From NCBI GenBank assembly GCA_963674745.2, contig CAXXDV010000003.1, positions 1,984,001-2,048,000 of the forward strand: a stretch of DNA of 64,000 bases. The letters are read 5' to 3'. A program made the position numbers and the translations under genes. This DNA is from Desulfosudaceae bacterium (lineage in GTDB: Bacteria; Desulfobacterota; Desulfobacteria; Desulfobacterales; Desulfosudaceae). Below are positions 61,884-64,000 of the stretch, piece after piece (position 1 is the first letter of the stretch; every line of letters begins with the position of its first letter). Under the pieces are notes generated by a model, which saw only the letters and a list, made by a program, of their open reading frames with translations, had not been told where the DNA came from and made no database searches.

Positions 61884-61918
61884 AAAGGGTTATCCGCTGC
61901 GTCGGTTAACCCTTTTTT
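61884..61918 (+). terminator. Intrinsic terminator, possibly bidirectional
   Basis: AAAGGGTTA...TAACCCTTTTTT. Confidence 0.6.
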
Positions 61919-62001
61919 CGTTGAAAATGACAAATTGTGCCCATGAGACATTTTCGATTGTTCTTCGAGGTAGGACTGATACATGTATTTTATCAGCAGT
62001 G

Positions 62002-62673
62002 TTAATACGCCATCAGTCTCTGTGCCAGCCGATGCAGTTCCGGGTTGGCCAATGCGACGACTTTTTTCTTGACCGCCCGCGAATAATATTCTTTTTCGGT
62101 TTTGGTCAAAGGCAATCCCTCCAGCCGTTTTTTGAACAGCTCTTTCTGCTTGGGGGAAAACACCTGCGAAAGCGCGTATTCCAGAGAAAGCGCTTCGTGT
62201 TTTTCTGTTTGCCGGCGGCTTTTTTCGGCATCCTTTTCGAAATACAGCTCGAATGCCTTCTTCAGACGCAACGGATGGAACTCCAGCCCGTTCAGTTTGA
62301 AACTGTTTCCGGATGCCAATTCTTTGCGCAGTTGTTTCAGACCTGCTTCTTCATTTTCAGAAAGCATCTCTTTTAGCGGCCTCATCCAGGAAAAGGACAG
62401 GTGGCGGAGGTCGTAGAGCGTAAACGAGACCTGCAACAGAGCATGAAAGGCTTTTTTCTGCTCTTTATTATTGAGGTGTTCCAGGACTCGTTCATATGCG
62501 AATCGGAAATCACTAGCAGCATTGACGAGCAGTACCGGAAACCCTTCCCATAATCTCTTGTCCCTGCTTTTTACCACTTCGGCGAGGGTCTGGTTGACAT
62601 CGAATTCTTCGATTGCCTCCAGAAGGGGCAAACCCAATTGTGACAACCTTTCATATAATGACTTTTCCGTCAT
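62002..62673 (-). CDS. Hypothetical protein coupled to the nucleotidyltransferase (possible antitoxin/regulator)
   Basis: ATGA overlap with the upstream gene; C-terminal LSQVFSPKQKELF...LTKTEKEYYSRAVKKK. Confidence 0.7.
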   Translation of the reverse strand: MTEKSLYERLSQLGLPLLEAIEEFDVNQTLAEVVKSRDKRLWEGFPVLLVNAASDFRFAYERVLEHLNNKEQKKAFHALLQVSFTLYDLRHLSFSWMRPLKEMLSENEEAGLKQLRKELASGNSFKLNGLEFHPLRLKKAFELYFEKDAEKSRRQTEKHEALSLEYALSQVFSPKQKELFKKRLEGLPLTKTEKEYYSRAVKKKVVALANPELHRLAQRLMAY

Positions 62674-63254
62674 AAGACTTTCTCCTCTTTAAGGAGTTCG
62701 ATAAATCGGTCGATGTGGACAGCTATTCGTGCTTCAGCGATATCATAACTGGCAAGCTCACGATAATGATTCACCAATCGTTCGATATCGATTCGGTGTC
62801 GTATGGATTTCATCAGCATCAGGCAATCCTCGGAATCAACTGTGGTACCGCGCATCAATTTACTTGCGATCAGGTCGTATTCATTCAAAATGCCGATATA
62901 GAGCCGGCTGTATTCCTTCAGCAGGGTGTGGTTACCCGGTTCAAGCGGTGATTCCAGCAGTTCCGTCGTATGGATCCGGTTTCCTTCAAAAAGGTCGAAC
63001 CTAAAAATGTCTCCTTTCCGCTGCCATCCGCTCCCGGTAACCTGCTCGTAACCAAGCGTTTTGAGCACCTTGATCAGGTAGCCATGTTCACCCGTCCTGG
63101 GGACCATGAAATCAACATCTTTGGTGGATGGTTTTACTTGAAGCAGGGTCATTGCCGTTCCACCGCACGCAACGAGGTGAATCTTCCTTTTCAGGAAGCG
63201 GTTCCATTGCCCCATAACATCGAGCAAGGTCTGTTTGTTGATCCTGTATTCCAT
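62670..63254 (-). CDS. Nucleotidyltransferase-fold protein (DUF6036/AbiEii-like)
   Basis: ACGGTAM...STKDVDF motif; DLIASKLMRG...D. Confidence 0.75.
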   Translation of the reverse strand: MEYRINKQTLLDVMGQWNRFLKRKIHLVACGGTAMTLLQVKPSTKDVDFMVPRTGEHGYLIKVLKTLGYEQVTGSGWQRKGDIFRFDLFEGNRIHTTELLESPLEPGNHTLLKEYSRLYIGILNEYDLIASKLMRGTTVDSEDCLMLMKSIRHRIDIERLVNHYRELASYDIAEARIAVHIDRFIELLKEEKVL

Positions 63255-63502
63255 AACATTGTACCGATTAGTTCAATTATTTGTATAATTATATACAATA
63301 AGTTGATCATATTTGTACAGCATTTTTTGAAAAAACAATATGGCAGAGGAGTGATAGTCATTGTGCCCAGACTGTGCCTAAATTGTGACCGTCAGAAACA
63401 AACGTTAACAAATAAAGACAAACAAAACCAAAAATACACAGCTTTTTTAAATATTATCAACCTATTGAAAAAACGGATAAATCGTATTTTCTCATAATTC
63501 GG

Positions 63503-63547
63503 CTGGAAATCCCCGTGTCGGCAGTTCGATTCTGCTCCTCGGTACCA
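63503..63547 (+). repeat. Degenerate att-like copy of the tRNA-Phe 3' part (45 bp, 4 mismatches)
   Basis: CTGGAAATCCCCGTGTCGGCAGTTCGATTCTGCTCCTCGGTACCA. Confidence 0.88.
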
Positions 63548-63705
63548 GCAACAAATAAAGGGCTTGCAAGAAAACCGTGCCGCCTTTTTTTTGTGTTACA
63601 AATCCGGCTGTAAGCTATTTGTGAGCAGTGCCTCCCCGCCCCTATTGAATCCAGGTCACAATTTCGTCAAGTGTGGTTTTCTTTGCTTTCCGTTGCTTGT
63701 ACCAT

Positions 63706-63999
63706 TCAGTGATGAGCGTTCTCATAATGCGCCAGTGGAATTGTTTTTTGAGCGATCAGTTTTTCAGCCAATCGCCATGCGTGTCGCAAAAAATTAAATC
63801 GGGTCAAATCAGTCATTAATTTTGAAGTTGATTCCAACCTTCTCTGAACAAGCTCACGTTCGGGTGAATCTTTGTGTAAGACAATAAACCTCCGAAGATG
63901 CTTAATGCCTTTTGTGCCGATAATTGCATAGGGTGCGTGATGACCCGCCTTTATGACGGCTTCAATCTCATGTTTCGAAGGTGAATCATCGGCAAAATG
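63706..63999 (-). CDS. Nitroreductase-like ORF, 3' part (starts beyond the window; probably truncated)
   Basis: Manual translation HFADDSPSKHEIEAVIKAGHHAPYA...RRFIVL...NAHH*; resembles the nitroreductase N-terminal motif but stops about 97 codons later. Confidence 0.45.
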   Translation of the reverse strand, partial: HFADDSPSKHEIEAVIKAGHHAPYAIIGTKGIKHLRRFIVLHKDSPERELVQRRLESTSKLMTDLTRFNFLRHAWRLAEKLIAQKTIPLAHYENAHH

Positions 64000-64000
64000 T

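Larger units (their letters stand above)
61865..63547. mobile_element. tRNA-Phe island segment 4 (nucleotidyltransferase pair)
   Basis: Lies between tRNA fragments at 61846 and 63503. Confidence 0.6.

Noticed and set aside
48312..63547. Additional tRNA-Phe genes at 48312, 56162, 61846 and 63503
   Set aside because: Only 3' parts are present; the 5' acceptor strand and D-arm are missing.
32072..63547. Prophage or ICE
   Set aside because: No integrase, phage structural, replication or conjugation genes are recognisable in the window.

Overview
64 kb from an anaerobic bacterium, most likely a Desulfobacterales-type deltaproteobacterium (inferred from gene content). Positions 1-32 kb are mainly core genome: metV-metF-hdrA-hdrA-like, mdh, uvrBC, a cyclophilin, lepA, a rhomboid, nadC, valS, rsmE and tRNA-Phe(GAA). 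This half also holds two notable loci. The first is an operon (15.7-20.3 kb) of a DUF362 protein, a stand-alone methyltransferase resembling the ovothiol OvoA C-terminal domain, and a Mo/W-bisPGD enzyme resembling metallopterin-dependent ergothioneine synthase; it is a candidate O2-independent ovothiol/thiohistidine pathway. The second is a very acidic, repeat-rich PopZ-like protein upstream of valS. Positions 32-64 kb are a tandem array of segments downstream of tRNA-Phe, delimited by four copies of the tRNA 3' end; the first three segments share homologous non-coding ends and none has a recognisable integrase. Their cargo is (1) a putative sigma-54 operon with GT4/GH130, ClsB, SPFH and B12-radical-SAM genes, (2) a complete pstSCAB-phoU-phoB-phoR set, (3) an aldehyde dehydrogenase, a selenocysteine formate dehydrogenase and a ModE-like regulator with two ModE boxes, and (4) a nucleotidyltransferase pair. 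All family assignments come from motif recognition by eye; no searches were run.
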